Source: Bugula neritina | Lineage: Eukaryota; Animalia; Bryozoa | Length of the DNA: 64,000 nucleotides | Reading direction: 5' to 3' | Assembly (NCBI GenBank): GCA_964035545.1 | Contig: OZ037770.1 | Coordinates: forward strand, 7,048,729 to 7,112,728 | Part shown: piece by piece, positions 1-13,600 of the stretch | Layout of the letters: each line of letters begins with the position of its first letter | Position numbering within the stretch: position 1 is the first letter of the stretch | Notes under the pieces: generated by a model | The model's input: only the letters and a program-made list of their open reading frames with translations | Databases searched by the model: none | What the model was told of the DNA's origin: nothing | Program-made: the position numbers and the translations under genes

Positions 1-3000
1 GTATATTCCAGTGTGTTGCAGGTTCTTTCAATGTGTTGCAGGGTATTTCGATATGTTACAGTGTAATTCAGTATGTTGCAGTATGCTGCAGTATATTTCA
101 GTATGTTGCAGTATATTTCAGTCTGTTGCAGTATAATTCAGTGTGTTGCGGTATATTTCAATGTTTTGCAAAGTATTTCAATATGTACAGTGTATTTCAA
201 GTTTTTACAGTGTTTTTTAGTAGGTTGCAGTATGTTGCAGTATGTCACAGTGTATTTCAGTATGTTGCAGTATCTTGCAGTATATTTCAGTATGTTGCAG
301 TATATTTCGGTATGTAGCTTACGTTTCAGTATGTTACAGTATGTTTCAGTATTTTGCAGTATATTTCACTGTGTTACACTGTATTTCTATATTTTACAGT
401 GTTTTTCAGTAGGTTGCAGTATGTTGCAGTGTATTTCAGTATGCCACAGTGTATTTCAGTATGTTGCAGTGTCTTGAATTGTATTCTAATATGTTGCAGT
501 ATATTTCAATGTGTTGCAGTATATTTCAGTATATTACCGTATATTTAGGTATTTTGCAGTATATCACAATGTGTTCCAGTGTGTTTCAGTATGTTACAGT
601 GCATTTCAGTATGTTGCAGTATGTTGCAGTATATTTCGGTATGTTGCAGGATATTACAGTGTGTTGCAGTAGATTTCAATGTGTTGCAGGATAATTCAAT
701 ATGTTACAGTGTATTTCAGTATCTTACAGTATGTTGAAGTGTATTTCAGTATGTTGCAGTGTTTTTCAGTATGTTGCAGTATCTTCCAGGATATTTCAGT
801 ATGTTGCAGTATATTTCAGTATGTTGCCTATGTTTCAGTATGTTACAGTATGTTTTAGTATTTTTCAGTATATTTCACTGTCTCACAGTGTATTTCAAAA
901 TGTTACAGTGTAATTTAGTATGTTGCAGTATGTTGCAGTATATTTCAGTCTGTTGCAATATAATTAAGTGTGTTGCGGTATGTTTCAATGTGTAGCAAGG
1001 TGTTTCAATATGTACAGTGCATTTCAAGTTTTTACAGTGTTTTTTAGTAGGTTGCAGCATGTTGCAGTATATCACAGTGTATTTCAGTATGTTGCAGTTT
1101 CTTGCGTCATATTTCAATATGTTGCGGTATATTTCAATGTGTTGCAGGGTATTTCAATATGTTACAGTGTATTTCATTCTTTTACAGTGTTTTTCAGTAG
1201 GTTGCAGTCTTCTGCAGTATGTCACAGTGTTTTTCAGTATGTTACAGTGTATTTCATTATGTTGCAGTATGTTACAGTACATTTTCGTATATTACACTAT
1301 ACTTCAGCGAGTTGTGGTGTTTCTCGGTATGCTACAGCGTAATTCAGTATGTTGCAGTAATTTTCAATGTGTTACAGTATTTTTCAGTATAAAACCGTAT
1401 ATTTAGGTATTTCGCAGTATAATCCAATGTGTTGCTGTGTGTTTCAGTATGTTACAGTGCATTTAAGTATGTTTCAGTATGTTGCAGTACATTTCAGTAT
1501 GTTGCAGTGTACTTATGTGTGTTGCAGTATATCCCTGTGTGTTGCAGGTTATTTCATTGTGTTGCAGGGTATTCGATATGTTACAGTGTATTTCAGTATG
1601 TTGCAGTATGTTGAAGTGTATTTCAGTATGTTGCAGTATCTTGCAGTATATTTCGGTATGTTGCTTATGTTTCAGTATGTTACAGTATGTTTTAGTATTT
1701 TGCAGTATATTTCACTGTGTTAAAGTGTATTAACATTTTTTAGAGTGCTTTTCAGTAGGTTGCAGTATGTTGCAGTGTATTTCAGTATGCAACAGTGTGT
1801 TTCAGTATGATGCAGTATCTTGAATTATGTTTCAATATGTTGCAGTATATTTCAATTTGTTGCAGTATATTTCAGTATATTACTGTATATTTAGGTATTT
1901 TGCAGTATATTCCAATGTGTTCCAGTGTGTTTCAGTATGTTACAGTGCATTTCAGTATGTTGCAGTGTGTTGCAGTATATTTCAGTATGTTGCAGGATAT
2001 TTCAGTGTGTTGCAGTAAATTTCAATGTGTTGCAGGGTAATTCAATATGTTACAGTGTATTTCAGTATCTTGAAGTATGTTGCAGTGTATTTCAGTATGT
2101 TGCAGTATATTTCTGTGTGTTACAGTATATTTCAGTGTGTCACAGTATATTTCAGTATGTTACAGTACATTTCAGTATATTACACTATATTTCAGTGAGT
2201 TGCAGTGTATTTCAGTGTGCTAAAGCAAGTTTTCAGTATGTTACAGTGTATTTCAGTATGTTGCAGTATGTTGCAGTATACTTCAGTATGTTGCAGTATA
2301 TTTCGGTTTGTTGCAGCATATTTCAGTGTGTTGCAGTATATTTCAATGTGTTGAAGGGTATTTCGATATGTTACAGTGAACTTCAGTATGTTGCAGTATA
2401 TTTCGGTGTGTTGCAGCATATTTCAGGGTGTTGCAGTATATTTCAATGTGTTGCAGGGTATTTCAATATGTTACAGTGTATTTCAATATTTTACAGTGTT
2501 TTTCAGTATGTTGCAGTATGTTACAGTACATTTTCGCATATTACACTTTACTCCAGCGAGTTGTGGTGTCTCTTAGTACGCTACAGCGTAATTCAGTATG
2601 TTGCAGTATTTTTCAATGTGTTACAGTATATTTCAGTATATTACCGTAATTTGAGGTATTTTGCAGTATTTTCCAATGTGTTGCAATGTGTTTCAGTATG
2701 TTACAGTGCATTTCAGTATGTTGCAGTATGTTGCAGTATATTTCAGTATGTTGCAGGGTATTTCGATATGTTACAGTGTATTTCAGTATGTTGCAGTATG
2801 TTGCAGTGTATTTCAGTATGTTGCAGCGTATTTCAGTATGTTGCAGTATCTTGCAGTATATTTCAGTATGTTGCAGTGTATTTCGGGATGTTGCTTATGT
2901 TTCAGTATGTTACAGTATGTTTTAGTATTTTGCAGTATATTTCACTGTGTTACAGTGTATTTCAATATTTTACAGTGTTTTTCAGTAGGTTGCAGTATGT

Positions 3001-5112
3001 TGCAGTATGTTGCAGTATACTTCAGTATGTTGCAGTATATTTCGGTCTGTTGCAGCATATTTCAGTGTGTTGCAGTATATTTCAATGTGTTGCAGGGTAT
3101 TTCGATATGTTACAGTGAACTTCAGTATGTTGCAGTATCATTCAGTATGTTGCTTATTTTTCAGTGTGTTTTAGTATGTTTTAGTATTTTGCAGTATATT
3201 TCACTGTGTTAAAGTGTATTTCGATATTTAACAGTGTTTTTCAGTAGGTTGTAGTATGTTGCAATGTATTTCAGTATGCAACAGTGTATTTCAGTATGAT
3301 GCAGTATCTTAAATTATGTTTCAATATGTTGCAGTATATTTCAATGTGTTGCAGTATATTTCAGTATATTACCGTATATTGAGGTATTTTGCAGTTTTTT
3401 CCAATGTGTTGCAATGTGTTTCAGTATGTTGCAGTGCATTTCAGTATGTTGCAGTATCTTGCAGTATATTTCAGTATGTTGCAGTATATTTCTGTGTGTT
3501 GCAGTATATTTCAATGTGTTGCAAAGTGTTTCAATATATACAGTGTATTTTAAGTTTTTACAGTGTTTTTTAGTAGGTTGCAGTATGTTGCAGTATGTAG
3601 CAGTGTTTTTCAGTATGTCACAGTGTATTTCAGTATGTTGCAGTTTCTTGCGTTATATTACAATATGTTGCAGTATATTTCAATGTGTTGCAGGGTATTT
3701 CAGTATGTTGCAGTAGTTTTCAATGTGTTACTGTGTATTTCAGTAGTTTACCATATATTTCGGTATCTTGCAGTATAATTCAGTATGTTGCAGTATATTT
3801 CGGTATGTTGCTTATGTTTCAGTATGTTACAGTATGTTTTAGTATTTTGCAGTATATTTCACTGTGTTACACTGTATTTCTATATTTTATAATGTTTTTC
3901 AGTAGGTTGCAGTATGTTGCAGTATGTTGCTGTGTATTTCATTATGTCACGGTGTATTTTAGTATGTTGCAGTATCTTGCATTATATTTTAATGTGTTGC
4001 AGTATATTTTAATGTGTCGAAGTATATTTCAGTATGTTGCCGATTGTTTCAGTGTGTTGCAGTATATTTCACTGTGTTACAGTGTATTTCAATATGTTGC
4101 AGTATATTTCAGTATGTTGCATATGATTCAGTATGTTACAGTATGTTTTAGTATTTTGCAGTATATTTCACTCTGTTACAGTGTATTTCAATATTTTACA
4201 GTGTTTTTCAGTAGGTTGCAGTATGTTGCAGTGTATTTCAGTATGCCACAGTGTATTTCAGTATGTTGCAGTGTCTTGAATTATATTTCAATATGTTGCA
4301 GTATATTTTAATAAGTCGAAGTATATTTCAGAATGTTGCCGATTGTTTCAGTGTGTTGCAGTATATTTCACTGTGTTACAGTGTATTTCAAAATGTCACA
4401 GTGCATTTAAGTATATTGCAGTATGTTGCAATATATTTCAGTATGTTGCAGGATATTTCAGTGTGTTGCAGTATATTTCAATGTGTTGCAGGGTAATTCA
4501 ATATGTTACAGTGTATTTCAGTATCTTGCAGTATGTTGCAGTGTATTTCAGTATGTTACAGTGTATTTCAGTATGTTGCAGTATCTTGCAGTATATATTA
4601 GTATAATGCGGTATATTTTAGTATGTTGCTTATGTTTCAGTATATTACAGTATGTTTTAGTGTTTTGCAGTATATTTCACTGTGTTACAGTGTATTTCAA
4701 TATTTTACAGTGTTTTTCAGTGTATTTCAGTATGTTGCAGTGTATTTCAGTATGTTGCAGTATCTTGCAGTATATTTCAGTATGTTGCAGTGTATTTCGG
4801 TATGTTGCTTATGTTTCAGTATGTTACAGTATGTTTTAGTATTTTGCAGTATATTTCACTGTGTTACACTGTGTCTATATTTTACAGTGTTTTTCAGTAG
4901 GTTGCAGTATGTTGCAGAATGTTGCTGTGTATTTCATTATGTCACAGTGTATTTTAGTATGTTGCAGTATATTGCATTACATTTCAATATGTTGCAGTAT
5001 ATTTTAATAAGTCGAAGTATATTTCAGTATGTTGCCGATTGTTTCAGTGTGTTGCAGTATATTTCACTGTGTTACAGTGTGTTTCAAAATGTTGCAGTGT
5101 TTTTCAGTATGT
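1..5112. repeat. Satellite A, 10-bp-period tandem array (CAGTATGTTG / CAGTATATTT / CAGTGTATTT variants), diverged left part
   Basis: CAGT recurs every 10 bp throughout, with occasional 9-bp units; + strand is strongly T/G-rich; all ORFs here are repetitive MLQYVAVYFS-type translations. Confidence 0.97.
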
Positions 5113-7679
5113 CACAGTTAGTTTAAGGTCATACTTTTCATTTTCTGGCTCTTTGCCAGGTGCTTTATGTTCTATATGAATAATGTTCCACTGATAGCTC
5201 GAACAGGTTGAATGTCACAGGAACAAAAAAAATATGAAAAGATAAAGAAACTTATGTTCTCCAATATACTTTTTTATTTTTTTCAAATGCCAATTCATGT
5301 TTAAGTTATAGCTTGTTGAAAAACATAGTCCCCCTTCCACATTCTTTTCAATTTATACGCTCCTGACTTGTTATTGTGTCTCAATATGTCTTGTATTTGA
5401 GTGCTCGTTAGTCTCGCGTCACTAACTTTGCCTATACTTTACAAGTGCCAGTGCTGCTGGCTCAAAAGCTAAATGTTATAAACTGTCAGCTAAAACCCAA
5501 TCTTGTATTCCTAGGTTGGTTGGCCTAAATAAAACAATAGTCAAATCATGATTTCATGTTTTAAAAATTCACTCTATTCTAACCTGCTGCCTAGCTAGTT
5601 CTATTTTTGATGTATAATTACAAAATTTGTGATACATTTTTTTAGCAACCATGTGATTTATAAAATGCAGTAATGGTACTTATAATATTATATTATTATC
5701 ATTATAATATATTATATAGTATTATGTGTGTTTTTATTATACTGCATAATATCTATTTTATTATTGTTGCTGTGCAAACAAGTGCAATTAACCTAGTTTT
5801 CAAAATGTACATCTGAATTATCAGAATATCAGTTTAGATATTTTCATGCTTTGTAAGGTAAACCTAAAAAAGAGGCTGTATTCTCAAAGTAAAGGGTGTT
5901 GAACTATGAACTATATTAGATTAGCCACTCCGCTACCAAGTGCATCAGTATAATATTATATGAATAGCTCTAATGCTTTGTCTCCGGTGGCTGGCTGCGA
6001 TATGATAACTTGGCCAGCTTCCAAGAGTTTAAAATTGGCGCAATTATTCAAGAGGTTACATACTGCACAGAGCTAGCAGTGATAGTAACCTTGCAGTACT
6101 TATTACAACTGCCAGCATATAAGCTGCATTGTAGAATGCCGTTGGGGTAGGCTAGTAAAACCAAATTCTGCTCTCTAATATACCTTAGACACAATGCAGC
6201 AACATAATTTTTAGTTTCAAATTACATTTGCCACCCTTACATGAGCTGTGGGCTTCATAAAGATTCACATGATTAGAGATTTATGCTATAAGCCCTATCT
6301 GTGCTAGTGTATGATGGAAATAACACACCATTGTCAAAGTTAACTTCAAGTATGTTGTTTTCCAGAAACTCAGTAATGTCCATTTATCTCTCGCATACTA
6401 ATACTTATGTAATAGCATACAGTTTAAGTTTTATTTTAGAGCACATCTGCAAACTCTACAATAAGAGCTTGCTTTACCAGTCTATTTCAGACCTGTTTTT
6501 GTAGCTAGTAATACGCAAGCTACTTATTTTTAAACTATTGGGTTATTTGTTCAAAACCATTAGCTTTCCTAGTAACCCGAGACTATTGCAACAGTTGACT
6601 GCTATCAACATGAATTGACGGCCTAATAATTATAACCAATTTGCGCGCAAAATATTTATGTAATGATAGTTACTCATATAGTGCGGGTTACAAAAATGAT
6701 GACTGCGTGGTCCAGAGGTTAGAGGCGTCAGCGAGGAGTTGGTTAATCATGGTTCAACCCTGTTTCATAACAATTTTTTTTGTTAACTTATGCAAATCCT
6801 ACGCATGTATAATAAATATGGCTATAATTGTAAAGTTTTTTTTAACTTTTGTTCAACAGTAAGACAACATACATGCATAATAATTAGATACTGAACACTG
6901 GACTAAACCTTAAATTGATCTTATAGAATACAATGTACTTAAAATAATCATATGTGAATTAGAGAAACTGAAAGTACACCTGCTGCGCTATAGACAGACC
7001 TTTCCTGACAAGACTGCAAAGTGAAGTGATTCAGCTGAAATTAACTCTGCCAAACAAACAAAGAATTATGTTGTGCTGAGGCATTTTCAATATATTATTG
7101 TAACATAGTGAGATGATTCAGCTAAGTGCTAATGTAAAACAGGGAACATTATATTGGCAGAAATCCAATAGATTGCCAATTTGTGCAAGAGGGTACTATA
7201 TGTTATTGTGATAGCGCAGAGCGGCAAACGTACTAGGAATGTTATAATTAGTCACAGGAGCGTAGCTAGAACCACCATATGAAGAATTTAGAAAATTGCA
7301 GTGAAACTTGCAAAATGGTGTATGTTTTTACCAAATTGTGAAGAGCATAAACAAAATTTCAAAAAACAAAGAAAGTATATTAGAGAAAACATATTAAGGA
7401 ATGTCAAGTTTAACTTTTAAACTTTATAAAATGAATCCCCTGTGCTACAGCAGTGGAACATGGAGGGTGTAAAATTTTACTTATTATGCGACAACTTTCT
7501 CAGAAAATTTTTTATTGAAAAATTAAAAAAGTATATGAAAGAGGAATGCAAGAGCTATCTTTTCATGCAAAATTTGTTAATGTGAGACTAAAACTGTTCG
7601 AGCTATCTCCTGGAAACCGTTTACATATAAGATAAAGCAGTGCCTGAATCTGGAAAGTAACGACCTTAAACTAACTGTG
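5113..7679. mobile_element. Non-autonomous TIR DNA transposon, copy 1 (2567 bp; CACAG termini, 2-bp TSD; CMC/Transib-RAG-like supergroup)
   Basis: Left end CACAGTTAGTTTAAGGTC at 5113 and right end GACCTTAAACTAACTGTG ending 7679 form a perfect 18-bp TIR, imperfect to ~38 bp. TSD GT at 5111-5112 and 7680-7681; removing the element restores the satellite unit cagtatGTtgcagt. Near-identical second copy at 30955-33512. No transposase ORF. Confidence 0.93.
6701..6770 (+). other. tRNA-derived (SINE-head-like) segment with Pol III A/B-box-like motifs, inside transposon copy 1
   Basis: GACTGCGTGGTCCAGAGGTTAGAGGCG (A-box-like TGGTCCAGAGG), TCAGC-GAGGA-GTTGG stem-loop, GGTTCAACCC (B-box-like) at 6751. 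The anticodon loop is only 5 nt and there is no good acceptor stem, so this is not a functional tRNA. Confidence 0.5.
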
Positions 7680-10600
7680 GTTGCAGTATCTTCCAGGATA
7701 TTTCAGTATGTTGCAGTTTATTTCAGTATGTTGCTTATGTTTCAGTATGTTACAGTATGTTTTAGTATTTTGCAGTGTATTTCACTGTGTTACAGTGTAT
7801 TTCAAAATGTTACAGTGTAATTTAGTATGTTGCAGTATTTTGCAGCGTATTTCAGTATGTTGCAGTGTTTTTCAGTATGTTGCAGTATCTTGCATTATAT
7901 TTCAGTATGTTGCAGGATATTTCAGTATGTTGCAGTTTATTTCAGTATGTTGCATATGTTTCAGTATGTTACAGTATGTTTTAGTATTTTGCAGTGTATT
8001 TCACTGTGTTACAGTGTATTTCAAAATGTTACAGTGTAATTTAGTATGTTGCAGTATTTTGCAGCGTATTTCAGTATGTTGCAGTGTTTTTCAGTATGTT
8101 GCAGTATCTTGCATTATATTTCAGTATGTTGCAGGATATTTCAGTGTGTTGCAGAATATTTCAATGTGTCGCAGGGTAATTCAATATGTTACAGTGTATT
8201 TCAGTGTCTTGCAGTATTTTGCAGTATATCTCACTGTGTTACAGTGTATTTCAATATTTTACAGTGTTTTTCAGTAGGTTGCAGTATATTGCAGTATGTT
8301 GCAGTAGACTTCAGTATGTTGCAGTATATTCCGGTGTGTTGCAGTATATTTCAATGTGTTGCAGTATATTTCAGTATATTACCGTATATTTAGGTATTTT
8401 GCAGTATATTCTAATGTCCTCGAGTGTGTTTCAGTATGTTACAGTGCATTTCAGTATGTTGCAGTATGTTGCAGTATATTTCGGTATGTTGCAGGATATT
8501 ACAGTGTGTTGCAGTATATTTCAATGTGTTGCAGGTTAATTCAATATGTTTCAGTGTATTTCAGTATCTTACAGTATGTTGCAGTGTATTTCTGTATGTT
8601 ACAGTATATTTCAGTATATTACCGTATATTGAGGTACTTTGCAGTATTTTCCAATGTGTTGCAATGTGTTTCAGTATGTTACAGTGCATTTCAGTATGTT
8701 GCAGTAGGTTGCAGTATATTTCAGTGTCTTGCAGTATATTTCAATGTGTTGCAAGGTGTTTCAATATGTACAGTGTACTTTAAGTTTTTACAGTGTTTTT
8801 TAGTAGGTTGCAGTATGTTGCAGTATGTTGCAGTGTTTTTCAGTATGTCACAGTGTATTTCAGTATGTTGCAGTTTCTTGCGTTATATTTCAATATGTTG
8901 CAGTATATTTCAATGTGTTGCAGGGTATTTCAGTATGTTGCAGTAGTTTTCAATGTGTTACTGTATATTTCAGTAGTTTACCATATATTTCGTTATCTTG
9001 CAGTATATTTCAGTATGTTGCAGTATATTTCGGTATGTTGCTCATGTTTCAGTATGTTACAGTATGTTTAAGTATTTTGCAGTATATTTCACTGTGTTAC
9101 ACTGTATTTCTATATTTTATAGTGTTTTTCAGTAGGTTGCAGTATGTTGCAGTATGTTGCTGTGTATTTCATTATGTCACTGTGTATTTTAGTATGTTGC
9201 AGTATCTTGCATTATATTTCAATATGCTGCAGTATATTTTAATGTGTCGAAGTATATTTCAGTATGTCGCCGATTGTTTCAGTGTGTTGCAGTAAATTTC
9301 ACTGTGTTACAGTGTAATTCAATATGTTGCAGTATATTTCAGTATGTTGCATATGATTCAGTATGTTACCGTATGTTTTAGTATTTTGCAGTATATTTCA
9401 CTCTGTTGCAGTGTATTTCAATATTTTACAGTGTTTTTCAGTAGGTTGCAGTATGTTGCAGTGTATTTCAGTATGTTGCAGTATATTGAATTAAATTTCA
9501 CTATGTTGCAGTATATTTCAATGTGTCGCAGTATATTTCAGTATATTACCGTATATTTAGTTATTCTGCAGTATATTCCAATGTGTTCCAGTGTGTTTCA
9601 GTATGTTACAGTGCATTTAGGTATGTTGCAGTATATTGCAGTATATTTCAGTATGTTGCAGGATATTTCAGTGTGTTGCAGTATCTTTCAATGTGGTGCA
9701 GGGTAATTCAGTATGTTACAGTGTATTTCAGTATCTTGCAGTATGTTGCAGTGTATTTCAGTATGTTACAGTGTATTTCAGTATGTTGCAGTATCTTGCG
9801 GTATATTTTAGTATATTGCGGTATATTTTAGTATGTTGCTTATGTTTCAGTATATTACAGTATGTTTTAGTGTTTTGCAGTATATTTCACTGTGTTACAG
9901 TGTATTTCAATATTTTACAGTGTTTTTCAGTGTATTTCAGTATGTTGCAGTTTCTTGCGTTATATTTCAATATGTTGCAGTATATTTCAATGCGTTGCAG
10001 GGTATTTCAATATGTTACAGTATATTTCATTCTTTTACAGTGTTTTTCAGTAGGTTGCAGTATTCTGCAGTATGTCACAGTGTATTTCAGTATGTTACAG
10101 TGTATTTCATTATGTTGCAGTATGTTACAGTACATTTTCGCATATTACACTATACTTCAGCGACTTGTGGTGTCTCTCAGTACGCTACAGCGTAATTCAG
10201 TATGTTGCAGCAATTTTCAATGTGTTACAGTATATTTCAGTATATTACCGTATATTCAGGTATTTCGCAGTGTAATCCAATGTGTTGCAGTGTGTTTCAG
10301 TATGTTACAGTGCGTTTGAGTATGTTGCAGTATGTTGCAGTAGATTTCAGTATGTTGCAGTATACTTATGTGTGTTGCAGTATATTCCAGTGTGTTGCAG
10401 GTTCTTTCAATGTGTTGCAGGGTATTTCGATATGTTACAGTGTATGTCAGTATGTTGCAGTATGTTGCCGATTGTTTCAGTGTGTTGCAGCATATTTCAC
10501 TGTGTTACAGTGTATTTCAATATGTTGCAGTGTTTTTCAGTATGTTGCAGTATCTTCCAGGATATTTTGGTATGTTGCAGTATATTTCAGTATGTTGCAT

Positions 10601-13600
10601 ATGATTCAGTATGTTACAGTATGTTTTAGTATGTTGCAGTATATTCCAATGTGTTACAGTATATTTCAGTATATTATCGTATATTGAGGTATTTTGCAGT
10701 ATATTCCAATGTGTTGCAGTGTGTTTCAGTATGTTACAGTGCATTTCTGTATGTTGCAGTATGTTGCAGTAGATTTCAGTATGTTGCACTATATTTCAGT
10801 GTGTTGCAGTATAATTCAGTGTGTTGCAGTATATTTCAGTGTGTTGCAGTATATTTCAATGTGTTTCAGGGTATTTCAATATGTTACAGTGTATTTCAAT
10901 ATTTTACAGTGCTTCTTAGTTGGTTGCAGTATGTTGCAGTATGTTGCAGTGTATTTCAGTATGTCACAGTGTATTTCAGTATGTTGCAGTATGTTACAGT
11001 ACATTTTCGCATATTACACTATACTTCAGCGATGTGGTGTCTCTCAGTATGCTACAGCGTAATTCAGTATGTTGCAGTATTTTTCAATGTGTTACAGTAT
11101 ATTTCAGTATATTACCGTATATTGAGGTATTTTGCAGTATATTCCAATGTGTTGCAGTGTGTTTCAGTATGTTACAGTGTATTTCAGTATGTTGCAGTAT
11201 GCTGCAGTATATTTCAGTCTGTTGCCGTATAATTCAGTGTGTTGCGGTATATTTCAATGTGTTGCAAGGTATTTCAATATGTACAGTGTATTTCAAGTTT
11301 TTACAGTGTTTTTTAGTAGGTTGCAGTATGTTGCAGTATGCCACAGTGTGTTTCAGTATGTTGCAGTCTCTTGCGTTATATTTCAATATGTTGCAGTATA
11401 TTTCAATGTGTTGCAGGGTATTTCAATATGTTACAGTGTATTTCAAGTTTTTACAGTGCTTTTCAGTAGGTTGCAGTATGTTGCAGTATGTTGCTGTGTA
11501 TTTCATTATGTCACAGTGTATTTTAGTATGTTGCAGTATATTGCATTATATGTCAGTTTATGACAGTATATTTTTGTATGTTGCTTATGTTTCAGTATGT
11601 TACAGTATGTTTTAGTATTTTGCAGTATATTTCACTGTGTTACAGTGTATTTCAATAGTTTACAGTGTTTTTCAGTAGGTTGCAGTATCTTGCAGTATAC
11701 TTCGGTATATTTCAGTATGTTGCTTATGTTTCAGTATGTTACAGTATGTTTTAATATTTTGCAGTATATTTCACTGTGTGACAGTGTATTTCAATATGTT
11801 ACAGTGTAATTTAGTATATTGCAGTATGTTGCAGCGTATTTCAGTATGTTGCAGTGTTTTTCAGTATGTTGCAGTATCTGGCATTATATTTCAGTATGTT
11901 GCAGTTTATTTCAGTATGTTGCATATGATTCAGTATGTTACAGTATGTTTTAGTATTTTGCAGTATATTTCACTGTGTTACAGTGTATTTCAATATTTTA
12001 CAGTGTCTTTCAGTAGGTTCCAGTATGTTGCAGTGTATTTCAGTATGAAACAGTGTATTTCAGTATGTTGCAGTATCTTGAACTATATTTCAATATGTTG
12101 CAGTATATTTCAGTATATTACCGTATATTTAGGTATTTTGCAGTATATTCCAATGTGTTCCAGTGTGTTTCAGTATGTTACAGTGCATTTCAGTATGTTG
12201 CAGCATGTTGCAGTATATTTCAGTATGTTGCAGTATATTTCAATGTGTTGCAGGGTAATTAAAAATGTTACAGTGTATTTCAGTATCTTGCAGTATGTTG
12301 CAGTGTATTTCAGTATGTTACAGTGTATTTCAGTATGTTGCAGTATCTTGCAGTATATTTCAGTATATTGCAGTATATTTTAGTATGTTGCTTATGTTTC
12401 AGTATGTTACAGTATCTTTTAGTATTTCGCAGTATAATCCAATGTGTTGCAGTGTGTTTCAGTATGTTACAGTGCATTTAAGTATGTTGCAGTATGTTTC
12501 AGTATTTTGCAGTATATTTCACTGTGTTACACTGTATTTCTATATTTTACAGTGTTTATCAGTAGGTTGCAGTATGTTGCAGTATGTTGCTGTGTATTTC
12601 ATTATGTCACACTGTATTTTAGTATGTTGCAGTATATTGCATTATATGTCAGTATATGGCAGTATATTTTAGTATGTTGCTTATGTTTCAGTATGTTACA
12701 GTATGTTTTAGTATTTTGCAGTATATTTCACTGTGTTACAGTGTATTTCAATATTTTACAGTGTTTTTCAGTAGGTTGCAGTATGTTGCAGTATACTTCA
12801 GTATATTTCAGTATGTTGCTTATGTTTCAGTATGTTACAGTATGTTTTAGTATTTTGCAGTATATTTCACTGTGTTACAGTGTATTTCAATATGTTACAG
12901 TGTAATTTAGTATATTGCAGTATGTTGCAGCGTATTTCAGTATGTTGCAGTGTTTTTCAGTATGTTGCAGTATCTTGCATTATATTTCCGTATGTTGCAG
13001 TTTATTTCAGTATGTTGCATATGATTCAGTATGTTACAGTATGTTTTAGTATTTTGCAGTATATTTCACTGTGTTACAGTGTATTTCAATATGTTACAGT
13101 GTAATTTAGTATATTGCAGTATGTTGCAGCGTATTTCAGTATGTTGCAGTGTTTTTCAGTATGTTGCAGTATCTTGCATTATATTTCAGTATGTTGCAGT
13201 ATATTTTGGTATGTTGCTTATGTTTCAGTATGTTACAGTATGTTTGAGTATTTTGCAGTATATTTCACTGTGTTACACTGTATTTCTATATTTTACAGTG
13301 TTTATCAGTAGGTTGCAGTATGTTGCAGTATGTTGCTGTGTATTTCATTATGTCACACTGTATTTTAGTATGTTGCAGTATATTGCATTATATGTCAGTA
13401 TATGGCAGTATATTTTAGTATGTTGCTTATGTTTCAGTATGTTACAGTATGTTTTAGTATTTTGCAGTATATTTCACTGTGTTACAGTGTATTTCAATAT
13501 TTTACAGTGTTTTTCAGTAGGTTGCAGTATGTTGCAGTATACTTCAGTATATTTCAGTATGTTGCTTATGTTTCAGTATGTTACAGTATGTTTTAGTATT

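Noticed and set aside
6301-6862. Short ORFs in the non-autonomous element (6301-6504, 6641-6862; 32516-32749)
   Set aside because: Frames are not preserved between the two copies and there are no transposase motifs.
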